NCBI GenBank assembly: GCA_000830295.1
Contig: CP010425.1
Location: forward strand, 640,001-704,000
DNA length: 64,000 bases
Direction: 5' to 3'
DNA from: an archaeon GW2011_AR15
GTDB lineage: Archaea > Nanobdellota > Nanobdellia > Woesearchaeales > GW2011-AR15
Shown: piece by piece, positions 29,801 through 38,656 of the stretch
Position numbering within the stretch: position 1 is the stretch's first letter
How the letters are laid out: every line of letters begins with the position of its first letter
Position numbers and translations under genes: made by a program
Notes under the pieces: generated by a model
Told to the model about the DNA's origin: nothing
The model's input: the letters and a program-made list of their open reading frames with translations, nothing else
The model's database searches: none

Positions 29801-31193
29801 CGACGGGACATGCAGCACTGATTGCGAGGAAATTGCAGGATGCATAGGTTCAGCAGACGGAGTCTGTGAGTCTGGAGAAGGCTGCGCCTGCTCTGACTGC
29901 CTCAATCAGACAGCAAGCTGCACAGCAGGAGCTGTCTGCGGTGAAGATGAGTTCTGCGGCTGCCCAATAGGAACTGCTTTATGCAGCGACGGGACATGCA
30001 GTGCAGAATGTGAAGAAAAAGCAACATGCATAGGAACTCCGGATGGAATCTGCCAGACTGGAGAAGGCTGCGCCTGCTCTGACTGCTATGTCACCCAGGA
30101 CAGCTGTGTCGAGGGAGCAATATGCAGCGGCATCACAGAATTATGCAGGGATATGGCAATAGGAGAATGCCAGCCGGGAACAACATTATGCAATGATTTT
30201 ACATGCGATCCAACATGTGAAGAGAATGGAGGCAAGAGAGGCTGCACAGGAGAGCCAAATAATATCTGCGAATTTGGAGAAGGCTGCGCCTGCTCAGACT
30301 GCAGCAGCCAGAAAGACAGCTGTGCCATTGGCTCAATCTGCAACACTGACACTCAATTATGTGAACCGTCTCCGGAAAACTGCATAGACAGCGATGGAGA
30401 CGGCTATTTCAGCCCTATTGAATGTTCAACAGGCAATGACTGCAATGATAATTCTGCAGCAGTGCATCCTGGAGTTGCAGAAACATGTGAAGATGGGGTG
30501 GATAATGACTGCAGCGGCCAAATAGATGATACATGTGTTTCCGGAGTAGAGATCAGTATCCAGGATCAGGACCCAATAAGAGTATTTGACTTAGTTGAGA
30601 TGAGATTATTAGTAAAAAATAATCTTAATGAAGATATAGATGCCTCAGTTACAACCGGCCTGCCGGCTGATGAAGTTGATAGGCAAAGCGCTTCTCTATC
30701 ACTGTCAGCAGGTGAGACAGAAGAAGTAACTTTCAATATATTTGTGAAAGATGTTGATGTAATCCCAACAGTGACACTAACAATTCCTGAGAAATCAGCA
30801 GAAGCATCCCAGGAGATAGCTTATGAAATAGAGATTCCAAGGTTTATTGTTGCGCCTGACCCAGAACACCTATATGGAGAAGAAGGATGTAAAGACTTCT
30901 ATTATGTGATTTATGAACCAGGGGAATTCGATATAGAAGTTAATATTATTAATCCGGAAGGGCTCTTAAGCAAGACACTATTTGTGGATTATATCAGCGG
31001 GGTAAATGTTGATAATATCTTCTTGGGGAAGATAAATGTACCTTACTGCCTTGGGGATAGGGACTTTGAAATCAGAGGGTATTTATACAAATCAACACCT
31101 GGTATAGTTGTGGATACAGTTACCTCAAGTATAACCCACGTTAACGACTTCAAAAAAGAAATAACAGTATCGGTGGATGTCAATAAAGTTTAA
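26850..31193 (+). CDS. Giant secreted Cys-rich surface protein with dockerin-like motif and MopE-type metal-binding repeats
   Basis: Signal peptide, poly-Pro linker, CGDG..EECD repeats, twin Ca-binding loops DINQDGEVDEID / DVTQDGEVDNSD, DNDCDG and DNDCSG motifs, three GEGCACSDC repeats, Ig-like C-terminus. Confidence 0.85.
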   Translation: MSNMGERVYRGELKVVLLFLIFIFMFLQTPEFSYSLTCGGINDGSECWSDLQCSGGEKCVPAGGGLCKCAKDDSGGGNPPPPPPPPPVCGDGSVNQGWEECDGGTSPCGVFASGCSSCICSYYNASLKNLAATTPCVSNEASSKQFTVSGRSQYCGNINITVNYQGQKQSFVVTGSTYSDYTFSHVFTIPGSVALPPSQQITVDINGNRNQIKNAKDGVTYDCSETLDLDLTYMNFFYCPDPEESINQNIFDFYDGSNYYTFYGGNTEYQWDECVSNQATTACASQPTYCVMTNGGQRAPNTAVNGDGEPEVEVCYSTAGIQGGWLDADVNGATCNLISGSKWFSCSNPSQCENAVDDFDSSPATGLCCGDDAVENVRETKSKINGQYVKNNNGTDKVYSACCLGGQTCVDEFGTCRGEGEDYCTSTGGVRATCTAGEWQLTLDDSCQSGCEVCDINQDGEVDEIDITAIDNNKAPAPYDPVYDVTQDGEVDNSDVNLCSSLNQLVCYTCGDNILQSEEACEEVNGNLQFNCAQYVHSTDPNNYTVYPRIDTCTTGFCSCQYETEPTCDLDVYSGPGACETDNDCSGNQVCNPGSCGCVDYIPGEELSVHVYDTDCSYRFCVSGDSTSSHSVEGYIETDTNFTTFSTQYFDSNDNVAITSGDSRLEFEINVEGGESCIVFDTDGKVETDFTYDGNDPSLATVYFEPSETHPAALPFEFSTSPTNTCRLCIPTQDTETILDDGLDNDCDGMFDEPEFDGYGAYLWEANCDYFMCVYGDDTQDYTTSGDVSGEGTFTRLRGTSWEAEDSYSLSTGNQSLSFNSELSSGVDCLIYNYDELASYNLELEGTGDREKIYLDQKKQNPFTEPFQYAAPQCAMSCALPEECGDPSVIGNINCGYEMCIFDCGGYWVDETSVWDLMFGNQNPGDYCETCVQNTQCSDYTNEESCYYDSCSAASTYFGCSWNETSQTCGDAFNECAPGETLCSDGTCSTDCEEIAGCIGSADGVCESGEGCACSDCLNQTASCTAGAVCGEDEFCGCPIGTALCSDGTCSAECEEKATCIGTPDGICQTGEGCACSDCYVTQDSCVEGAICSGITELCRDMAIGECQPGTTLCNDFTCDPTCEENGGKRGCTGEPNNICEFGEGCACSDCSSQKDSCAIGSICNTDTQLCEPSPENCIDSDGDGYFSPIECSTGNDCNDNSAAVHPGVAETCEDGVDNDCSGQIDDTCVSGVEISIQDQDPIRVFDLVEMRLLVKNNLNEDIDASVTTGLPADEVDRQSASLSLSAGETEEVTFNIFVKDVDVIPTVTLTIPEKSAEASQEIAYEIEIPRFIVAPDPEHLYGEEGCKDFYYVIYEPGEFDIEVNIINPEGLLSKTLFVDYISGVNVDNIFLGKINVPYCLGDRDFEIRGYLYKSTPGIVVDTVTSSITHVNDFKKEITVSVDVNKV
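29770..30360 (+). repeat. Three imperfect intragenic Cys-rich repeats
   Basis: ggagaaggctgcgcctgctc occurs three times and tgcagcgacgggacatgcag twice; protein unit C-x-x-G-x-x-LC-x-D-x-TC...GEGCACSDC. Confidence 0.8.
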
Positions 31194-31233
31194 ATAGGGA
31201 CTCAATATTATTTAAAAGAAGAGGTGAAAGGAG

Positions 31234-31977
31234 TTGATTATTTTTGGGATTAATGTTCCACTGCCGGAGATACTGGCACTGCTTATAATAATGTTTGCCG
31301 TATTTCTCTATATTATATTAAGGAATATCCAGAGAGTCAGCACAATGTCCCTCCAGAGCAGGAATGAGCTTATGGAGCTTGCCAGGATGACTGAAGAAGA
31401 GAGGGAGGAGATTGATAAGATAAGCGGATATGAGAAAGAGACAGCTGAGAATATATCCAAGTTTGAAAAAGAGATACTGAACCTTGAGCAGGAGACAGAT
31501 ACATTATATATCCAGAAGCTCGCCCCTGACCTCTATAAGATACAGAATTATACCCTTTGGGCGCTTAAGAAGGGCCTGAGCCCTGAACAGATAAGGCAGA
31601 ACCTTAAGAATAAAGGATGGAAGGACAATGAGATTATCCAGATGATAATAAATGACACCCTGAAATACACAAGCTATTACCAGACAAGGAAGGGCAAAGT
31701 TGAAATACCTTCAATAAAGATTGAGGAGACAACCAGGATAATAAAGCCCGTGAAAATAGTAAACGTCAGAGATTCTGCCAAGAAAGAAGAAGTAAAGAAA
31801 GCAGTTCCAAAGCCACAGCCTGTAAAGAAAGAGATAGCAGTCAGGAAAGAGCCTGCAGAGAAAACAACCAAGGCACAGAAAAAGCCGTCCAGGAAAAAAT
31901 CAAAAGACTCATTAGGCGACGTTGAAAAGAAGCTGAAAAGGCTTGAGAAGGATATGAGTTCTGAGAAAAAAAAATAA
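31234..31977 (+). CDS. Membrane-anchored coiled-coil protein with Lys-rich tail
   Basis: N-terminal TM, charged helical middle, IRQNLKNKGW motif; SD GAGGTGA upstream. Confidence 0.75.
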   Translation: MIIFGINVPLPEILALLIIMFAVFLYIILRNIQRVSTMSLQSRNELMELARMTEEEREEIDKISGYEKETAENISKFEKEILNLEQETDTLYIQKLAPDLYKIQNYTLWALKKGLSPEQIRQNLKNKGWKDNEIIQMIINDTLKYTSYYQTRKGKVEIPSIKIEETTRIIKPVKIVNVRDSAKKEEVKKAVPKPQPVKKEIAVRKEPAEKTTKAQKKPSRKKSKDSLGDVEKKLKRLEKDMSSEKKK

Positions 31978-31985
31978 TCACGCAA

Positions 31986-32528
31986 TTACATTAAATTTCT
32001 TAATATATCTGTAAGGCTTGTTATTATAATAAGGTTGAATAGCAGATGTGAGCCAGCAAAAGTCAGTATTCTGGCAAAACTGCTTCCCATCATGAAATAC
32101 AGGGAAGAGGCTATCAGCTCATAGACAATTGTCAGGGCAATCAGAGAAGTGACCAAAGGAAGACCAATAAAAAGATTTGACAGCAGAACCACGGCAGTAA
32201 GCCCTATCACCGACACAAATGATGTATAGTTGAATTTTTGGCCAACAGCATCAGCAACAACCAGTCCCGCCCATCCTACGACAAGGGAGAGTATAATGTC
32301 CCTGTAGACAAAGGAGACCATCAGGGTTGTATAGAGCACAAGGTCAATCCCCAGACTGCTCTTGAAAAACCTGTGGTATATTTTTGACAGGCCTGCGGCT
32401 GCTATGAAAATAGCAGCAAAGAATATCTGCCTCAGCACGCCTGACATCAGGACGATGATAATAAAAATAAGCAGAATGACTCCTGTATTCCTGCTCTTCA
32501 GCTTTTTGAAGGTTTCTTTAAGGTCCAT
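31986..32528 (-). CDS. Multi-pass membrane protein, paralogue of 49378-49908
   Basis: About 5-6 TM helices; shared LGIDLV / YGLELV motif. Confidence 0.75.
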   Translation of the reverse strand: MDLKETFKKLKSRNTGVILLIFIIIVLMSGVLRQIFFAAIFIAAAGLSKIYHRFFKSSLGIDLVLYTTLMVSFVYRDIILSLVVGWAGLVVADAVGQKFNYTSFVSVIGLTAVVLLSNLFIGLPLVTSLIALTIVYELIASSLYFMMGSSFARILTFAGSHLLFNLIIITSLTDILRNLM

Positions 32529-32576
32529 GCACAGGTTTACTCTGGGGCTGTTTATATTAGTTTTGACATAATAACA

Positions 32577-32584
32577 TTTAAATA
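32577..32584 (+). promoter_or_regulatory. TATA box for the valS leader transcript
   Basis: TTTAAATA ending 23 nt upstream of the leader-peptide ATG, the spacing seen for leaderless genes elsewhere in the window. Confidence 0.6.
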
Positions 32585-32607
32585 TACTCTCCGCCTACTA
32601 TTTCCCT

Positions 32608-32652
32608 ATGTACTCAATCTGGAAAACACTGAGCGTAGTAGTGGCAAACTAG
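32608..32652 (+). promoter_or_regulatory. Putative valine-sensing leader peptide uORF (MYSIWKTLSVVVAN)
   Basis: ATG...GTA GTA GTG GCA AAC TAG; CTGGAAA (32619-32625) can pair with TTTCCAG (32653-32659); T-tract at 32664-32669; lies upstream of valS. Confidence 0.6.
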
Positions 32653-32746
32653 TTTCCAGCGGCTTTTTTCTTCTTATCAGAGAGATTCACATTACCTGAA
32701 GAGAAAGCTTTTTATTGAGAAAATTATAACAGAAGGGAAGAATAAT

Positions 32747-35143
32747 ATGGAACTGCCTCAGAGATACGATGCAAAAGAAGCTGAAGCCAAGTGGCAGAAG
32801 TTCTGGGAGAAAAATAAAATCTATGCATATAATGAAAAAGATAAGAAGAAAGAGACCTATTCCATAGATACTCCGCCCCCTACAGTCTCAGGCAGCATGC
32901 ATATCGGCCATGCTTTCTCATATTCACAGCAGGATTTTGTTGCCCGGTACAAAAGGATGAAAGGGTTCAATGTTTTCTATCCCTTCGGCACAGACGACAA
33001 CGGCCTTGCAACAGAGAAACTTGTGCAGAAAAACAGGAAGGTCAATCTGAGGAAAATACCAAGGACAGAAGCTATAAAGATCTGCCTTGAATTTCTGAAG
33101 GAAGAAAGGCCAAAATTTGTTCAGGACTGGAAAAACATAGGGATGAGCTGTGACTTTAGTGTGATGTATTCTACAATTGATGATATGTCCAGGAAAATAT
33201 CCCAGAGGACATTCCTTGAGATGGCCAAAAAAGGCCTTGCATACAGGAAAGAAGCACCAATTATATGGGATACGATGTTCCAGACTGCAATTGCCCAGGC
33301 AGAGCTTGTGGACAGTGAGATTGATTCCATTTTCAACGACATAGTTTTCAGGACAGAAGGCAGTGATGAGCTTATAATAGCCACTACAAGGCCAGAGCTG
33401 ATAGGTGCATGCGTTGCTGTTTTTGTGCATCCGAAAGACAAAAGATACAGGAAGCATGTCGGGAAGACTGCAATTACCCCGCTGTATAATGCAAAAGTCC
33501 CTGTCCTTGCAGATGAGAAAGTAAGCATGGAGAAAGGCACAGGAATAGTGATGTGCTGCACTTTCGGGGATCAGACAGACATTGAGTGGTATAAGCAGTA
33601 TAAGCTTCCCCTTAAGATGCTGATAAACCCTGACGGCACAATGAATGATGCAGCTGGCAGATACAAGGGCATGAAGGCAGATGAGGCAAGAAAAGCAACC
33701 ATAGAGGACCTGAAGCAGGCAAAACTATTGAAGAGCCAGAAGGCAATAAAGCATGTAGTGCAGATTGGCGAAAGGTCAGGGCAGCCTGTTGAAATAATAA
33801 ATTCAAAGCAGTGGTACATAAGCTATCTTGATAAGAAGGATATGTTCCTCAAGGCCTCTGAAAAGCTGGGCTGGTATCCAAAGCATATGAAGCACAGGCT
33901 TGACAACTGGATAAAAGGGCTGAACTGGGACTGGTCAATATCAAGGCAGAGGCATTTCGGCGTGCCCATTCCTGTATGGTATGACAAAACAGGGAAGATA
34001 TACTATGCAGATGAGTCCCAGCTTCCTGTTGATCCTGTTGCAGACAGGCCAAAGGGAGTTCCTGAGAAAGTGGATCTTATACCTGAAACAGATGTTTTTG
34101 ATACATGGTTCACTTCAGGCAGCTCGCCTTTCCTGGCGATAGAGCTCATGCCAAAGGAAACACAGGAAGAGCTGTTCCCTATGAGCCTGAGGCCGCAGGC
34201 GCATGATATAATCAATTTCTGGCTGTTCTATACAATGGCAAAGACACAGCTTATACACAGGAAAAACCCCTGGAAGGACGTCATAATCTCAGGCTGGGCA
34301 CTTGACCCGCACGGAAGAAAGATGTCCAAATCAAAAGGGAATGTAGTTGTGCCTCAGGATATGATACAGAAATATAGTGCAGATGCCCTGAGGTTTTGGA
34401 CAGCAGGCAGCAAGCTCGGGGACGACATGCCTTTCCAGGAGAAAGACCTTGTGACAGGGCAGAAGACAATAACCAAATTATGGAACGCCTCAAAGTTTGT
34501 ACTGATGCACCTTGAGGATTATAGATATGAAAAAGTCGAGCTGGAGATACTGGATAAATGGCTTCTTGCAAAGCTCCAGAAACTGGTTAAGAAGTGCACA
34601 GAGCATTTTGATGCATATGAATATTCAAAGGCAAAGCAGGAATTTGAGCTGTTTTTCTGGCAGGTATTCACAGACAACTATCTGGAGCTGGCGAAGGACA
34701 GGCTATATAATCCCGGGAAGTATAACAAGACCGCAAGGAAGTCAGCGCAGTTTGCCCTTTATGAGGCCCTGCTTAACCTCCTGAAATTAATAGCGCCGGT
34801 GATGCCTTACATAACCGAGGAGATATACCAGCTTTACTTTGCTGAAAAGGAGAAGGAAAAGAGCATCCATATCTCGCACTGGCCTGAATATTCCGAATCA
34901 TATATTGATAAGAATGCCGAGGAAACAGGGGACTTGGTTGTAGGGATACTACAGACAGTAAGAAAATTCAAATCAGAAAAATCCCTTTCACTGAAAGCAG
35001 AGCTGAGCTCAATAATAATCTCCTGTTCAGCATCACAAAGGAAAAAGCTTGAGCTTGTCCTGCAGGACATAAAAGCCATTACAATAGCAGAGGACATAGA
35101 GTTCAGGGAGAGCAAGGAATTCTCTCTTGAAATAAAAAATTAA
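32747..35143 (+). CDS. valS: Valine--tRNA ligase (archaeal type)
   Basis: IDTPPPTVSG, HIGH, GTGIVMCCTFGD, WDWSISRQR, KMSKSKGN. Confidence 0.97.
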   Translation: MELPQRYDAKEAEAKWQKFWEKNKIYAYNEKDKKKETYSIDTPPPTVSGSMHIGHAFSYSQQDFVARYKRMKGFNVFYPFGTDDNGLATEKLVQKNRKVNLRKIPRTEAIKICLEFLKEERPKFVQDWKNIGMSCDFSVMYSTIDDMSRKISQRTFLEMAKKGLAYRKEAPIIWDTMFQTAIAQAELVDSEIDSIFNDIVFRTEGSDELIIATTRPELIGACVAVFVHPKDKRYRKHVGKTAITPLYNAKVPVLADEKVSMEKGTGIVMCCTFGDQTDIEWYKQYKLPLKMLINPDGTMNDAAGRYKGMKADEARKATIEDLKQAKLLKSQKAIKHVVQIGERSGQPVEIINSKQWYISYLDKKDMFLKASEKLGWYPKHMKHRLDNWIKGLNWDWSISRQRHFGVPIPVWYDKTGKIYYADESQLPVDPVADRPKGVPEKVDLIPETDVFDTWFTSGSSPFLAIELMPKETQEELFPMSLRPQAHDIINFWLFYTMAKTQLIHRKNPWKDVIISGWALDPHGRKMSKSKGNVVVPQDMIQKYSADALRFWTAGSKLGDDMPFQEKDLVTGQKTITKLWNASKFVLMHLEDYRYEKVELEILDKWLLAKLQKLVKKCTEHFDAYEYSKAKQEFELFFWQVFTDNYLELAKDRLYNPGKYNKTARKSAQFALYEALLNLLKLIAPVMPYITEEIYQLYFAEKEKEKSIHISHWPEYSESYIDKNAEETGDLVVGILQTVRKFKSEKSLSLKAELSSIIISCSASQRKKLELVLQDIKAITIAEDIEFRESKEFSLEIKN

Positions 35144-35155
35144 TAATTATTAGTT

Positions 35156-35710
35156 TTACCAGAAGCCTATAAGCAGCACTGCAAACAGCGAGACTATGAT
35201 TATCAGCATCATGGCGAGCACTTTAGGATGGAAGAGGGTGGCTGCAAAATTCTGCGAGAAGCTGCCTGATGCGACATCGCCGCTCCCGCCTGCAATTACA
35301 TTGTCAGAGTCAGTTGTCTCATTTCCAAGATACGGCCCCACATCCTGGCCAAGCTTCATGGAGATGCTAATCAGGAACAAAATGACTGCAAAAACAAGGA
35401 TATAAGTCCCCAGGTTGTTTATTATTGCTGCCGGCAGCTCAGCGCCCACTGACTTAGTGGCCAGTAGCGTGAACATAAGCCCGATTATTATCATGACAAA
35501 CCAGGGTACAGTCTCCTTTACAATATCTATGACATCCTGGGAGAATATAAGCATCATTGCAACTGCAAATGCCAGCAGTGCATTAAGGCCCTTGACATCT
35601 CCGAATGGCTTCTGGACCATCAGTATCGCATAGACCCCTGTAAAGACGAATAGGATTACAAATATATCAGAGAAATGCGATAATAAGGAAATATCAAAAA
35701 AGGATGCCAT
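35156..35710 (-). CDS. Membrane protein, paralogue 3 of a tandem triplet
   Basis: IFVILFVFTGVYAIL...LNALLAFAVA pattern shared with its neighbours. Confidence 0.78.
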   Translation of the reverse strand: MASFFDISLLSHFSDIFVILFVFTGVYAILMVQKPFGDVKGLNALLAFAVAMMLIFSQDVIDIVKETVPWFVMIIIGLMFTLLATKSVGAELPAAIINNLGTYILVFAVILFLISISMKLGQDVGPYLGNETTDSDNVIAGGSGDVASGSFSQNFAATLFHPKVLAMMLIIIVSLFAVLLIGFW

Positions 35711-36292
35711 TTAGTGACCTCCGTGGCCTCCGCCTCCTCTGCCTCCGAATACCCCGTTCATTGTTTCCCAGATGCTCTGCCTCCTCTCTGCAGGATGCTG
35801 TTCCGCAGTTATGAACCAGACAATTATGCCGAATACAAGTATAGATATGACCATAGATCTTGTCTCAGGGTCAGCAAGGAAAGGCAGATGGCCGAATGTG
35901 CCTGCTGAAGAAAGGAAAGTCCATCCGACAGCAACGACTGAAAAAAGCACTACTATCCCGACAAGAGGGGTCCCTGCAATATTTATATCGTTTCCGAACA
36001 CGCCTATCAGCAGAAGAGTCATCATTGAAGCAATCATCAGCAGGGATACATTCGGAAGTGAGTTGTTGATTATTGTAACCACATCAGGGCCCCTGCCTAT
36101 CACGTGCGGAATGACCGCTGCTGCAGCCAGCACAAAAGAAACCATGACATTAAACCTGTGCGCCTGCTCTCCGAGTATCCTGGACTTCTGCAGCACTGCA
36201 AAGGCTATTGTGAATATAAGCAGAAAAGGCAGCAGGACATCCAGCAGCCCTATATTTTCCAGCATCAATACATAATCTTCAAGCAATGACAT
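35711..36292 (-). CDS. Membrane protein, paralogue 2 of a tandem triplet
   Basis: DVLLPFLLIFTIAFAVLQKSRILG; Gly/His tail. Confidence 0.8.
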   Translation of the reverse strand: MSLLEDYVLMLENIGLLDVLLPFLLIFTIAFAVLQKSRILGEQAHRFNVMVSFVLAAAAVIPHVIGRGPDVVTIINNSLPNVSLLMIASMMTLLLIGVFGNDINIAGTPLVGIVVLFSVVAVGWTFLSSAGTFGHLPFLADPETRSMVISILVFGIIVWFITAEQHPAERRQSIWETMNGVFGGRGGGGHGGH

Positions 36293-36315
36293 TTTCTAAT
36301 CCTCCTCTTGTTTTA

Positions 36316-36906
36316 TCAGTGATGATCATCCGATTTAGAGTCTCCTGACGAGCCTTTTTCTGATTTTGTTATGTATCCCATCATAAAGATGATGAATATT
36401 GTCAGTATGATGGCCCCTGAAACACCGGTGTCGACATTGTTTATTATCCATCCCCATGCGAAATAAAGCCATGGTGTGCCGTCATTTGTCTTTATAGCAT
36501 GAAGGAAGATTGCCAGTATGCCGGCAAACATCAGCCACATGAATATGCCTCTCCAGGGCTGCTCAAGCTTGTATTCCTCCTTCCCTGTATGGAATACTCC
36601 GACAAGCAGCAGGAATGAGACCCCAAGCAAAAGCAGTATTGTAAGGTTTGCAATGGCCTCGTTGACAGCCGCAACAAGCCTTGAGCTTGCCACGACAATG
36701 AAGGCAGTGACGAACGCGAACATGCTGTTCAGGTTCTTCTTTGCCATCTCTCTTCCGGCGACTTCCTCAGTGCCGAAAATCTTTGATTTCTCAAGTATGG
36801 CGAAAACTATTGTGAATATAAGCAGGAAAGGCAGCAGGACTTCATAAACACCAAGCTTATCGAGGAACTGGATGCCTGTTGCAAATGGGGAGGTAGCATC
36901 TACCAT
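36316..36906 (-). CDS. Membrane protein, paralogue 1 of a tandem triplet
   Basis: EVLLPFLLIFTIVFAILEKSKIFG. Confidence 0.8.
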   Translation of the reverse strand: MVDATSPFATGIQFLDKLGVYEVLLPFLLIFTIVFAILEKSKIFGTEEVAGREMAKKNLNSMFAFVTAFIVVASSRLVAAVNEAIANLTILLLLGVSFLLLVGVFHTGKEEYKLEQPWRGIFMWLMFAGILAIFLHAIKTNDGTPWLYFAWGWIINNVDTGVSGAIILTIFIIFMMGYITKSEKGSSGDSKSDDHH

Positions 36907-37002
36907 ATTAGTATAGATTTAGATGTCTGTTTCTATATAAATCTTTTGTTTCTCTGTCTCGAGGAATAGAGGGGAATTAATACAAAATATGGCCTGCCAG
37001 TG

Positions 37003-37368
37003 CTATTTCTTCTGGTACAATTTCACTGAGCTGATTGTTATGCTTTCCAGCCTGTCAGGATCATCGCCTATTTTGCTTCCGGAATATACAAGCCCATATA
37101 ATCCGCCGATCAGCCCTGTGAGGCCGCCGATGTTACTGGCAATATCAATGTCCGAAACATATTCAACTGCCTGCGGGACAGCCTGATTCACATAAGGGAC
37201 CTGCTCCAGAAGATCGCCCGCGAACATACCGGCGGTATAACAGAGGGCTGCTCCTGCAGCCTTCAATGCAATGTCAAAGGCTACTTTCCTGAAATTAGGC
37301 CTTGCAAATGTCCAGCCATTGCCATACGTTGTAAGAGTCTTCCACTTTTTTTTAACTGTGTCTGACAT
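37003..37368 (-). CDS. Hypothetical membrane protein
   Basis: Two Gly/Ala-rich hydrophobic segments; TATA upstream. Confidence 0.6.
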   Translation of the reverse strand: MSDTVKKKWKTLTTYGNGWTFARPNFRKVAFDIALKAAGAALCYTAGMFAGDLLEQVPYVNQAVPQAVEYVSDIDIASNIGGLTGLIGGLYGLVYSGSKIGDDPDRLESITISSVKLYQKK

Positions 37369-37471
37369 TAAAAACTAATAATGATTCCTGATGTATATAA
37401 ATGTTATTACAAGAGATAGTTTAGCTTTGCCTGGCTAAACTTTTATAAATGGCCGGCTTTTACCCAGGCAT

Positions 37472-38035
37472 ATGGTCACAAAAACATTCGACAGGCTTAG
37501 GAAAGAGATTGAGAACAAAGATAAGACAAGGGAGGAACTCATTGTCGGGTCCAGGCCGATAATAAAAGACTCAAAGCAGGCAATATATGCAATCCACAGG
37601 GGTTCTGTTGCAGAAGCGGAAAAGCTCATACAGAAAGCTTCCAGAGGCCTGGATGAGCTCAGAAGACTGCCAGACCAGAAATCAAGCTCATTTGACTCAG
37701 CAGTCCAGGAATATGTTGAGGCAGTGACTTATCTGGAATATGTGAAGACAGGTAAGCTTGCTGATGAGAAAGAGATTAATGCAGACCCTGAAAACTATCT
37801 TCTCGGCATATGCGACCTGACAGGAGAGCTGGCAAGAAGGGCCGTTTTCTCTGTTGTAAAAGAGGATTTTAAGGAAGTTGAAAAAATAAAAGAGTTTGTT
37901 TCCAGGATATACGAAGAATTCCTTAAGTTTGAGCTGAGGAACAGCGAGCTGAGGAAAAAATCAGATTCCATAAAATGGAACCTCAAAAAGATTGAGGAGA
38001 TTCTTTATGACCTGAAGATAAGAGGGAAGCTCTGA
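37472..38035 (+). CDS. Translin-family protein
   Basis: QEYVEA, YLLGICDLTGELARRA, LRKKSD. Confidence 0.9.
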   Translation: MVTKTFDRLRKEIENKDKTREELIVGSRPIIKDSKQAIYAIHRGSVAEAEKLIQKASRGLDELRRLPDQKSSSFDSAVQEYVEAVTYLEYVKTGKLADEKEINADPENYLLGICDLTGELARRAVFSVVKEDFKEVEKIKEFVSRIYEEFLKFELRNSELRKKSDSIKWNLKKIEEILYDLKIRGKL

Positions 38036-38523
38036 TGGAGTTCAAAGAGGCAATCGGGAAACTGCAGAAGTCAAAGGAGTTCAAGGACTGGAAAAAGAAC
38101 TCCCCTAACTCAGTCCTGACATATGCATTCCTGATGATATCCCCTGATGTTGAAAAGGAATGGCAGGTTGGCTATTTTAACCCGAAGCAGGAGACCATAT
38201 CCACTTTCACTATTTCTGAAAAAATACACAGGAATCCTGATTCTGAAATGCTGAAAGCCGGGAGCATAAGGGAGCTTGATGTTCCAAAAGTTAAAGTGGA
38301 GTTTGACAAAGCGCTTGATACTGCAAGAAGACTGCAGCAGAAAGAGTATCCCGAGCATAAGGCAGAAAAAAAGATGATGATCCTCCAGAAGCTCGGCATA
38401 GGCCAGGTATGGAACCTAACCTACATAACAAAGACATTCAAGACACTTAACATAAAGATTGATTCTTCTTCAGGAGAGATACTGAAGCACGAACTTCTTG
38501 AGCTGTTCACTTTCAGCAAATAG
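38035..38523 (+). CDS. Hypothetical protein (PepSY-like C-terminus)
   Basis: Translationally coupled to the translin gene; VWNLTY...IKIDSSSGEIL. Confidence 0.7.
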   Translation: MEFKEAIGKLQKSKEFKDWKKNSPNSVLTYAFLMISPDVEKEWQVGYFNPKQETISTFTISEKIHRNPDSEMLKAGSIRELDVPKVKVEFDKALDTARRLQQKEYPEHKAEKKMMILQKLGIGQVWNLTYITKTFKTLNIKIDSSSGEILKHELLELFTFSK

Positions 38524-38656
38524 AAATAGTCCCTGGCTAATGAGTCTGTTTATAAAAATTGCTTGGCTAAAAACTATATATTTGAAATTGATAGATTTTA
38601 TAAACCAAAAAAATAACTGGAATCCTGTTCTTGAAAAAAGAAATTAAGGGAATTGG

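Noticed and set aside
38548-38605. Inverted repeat gtttataaaa / ttttataaac upstream of dut
   Set aside because: AT-only and explainable as TATA-like elements; no independent support as an operator.
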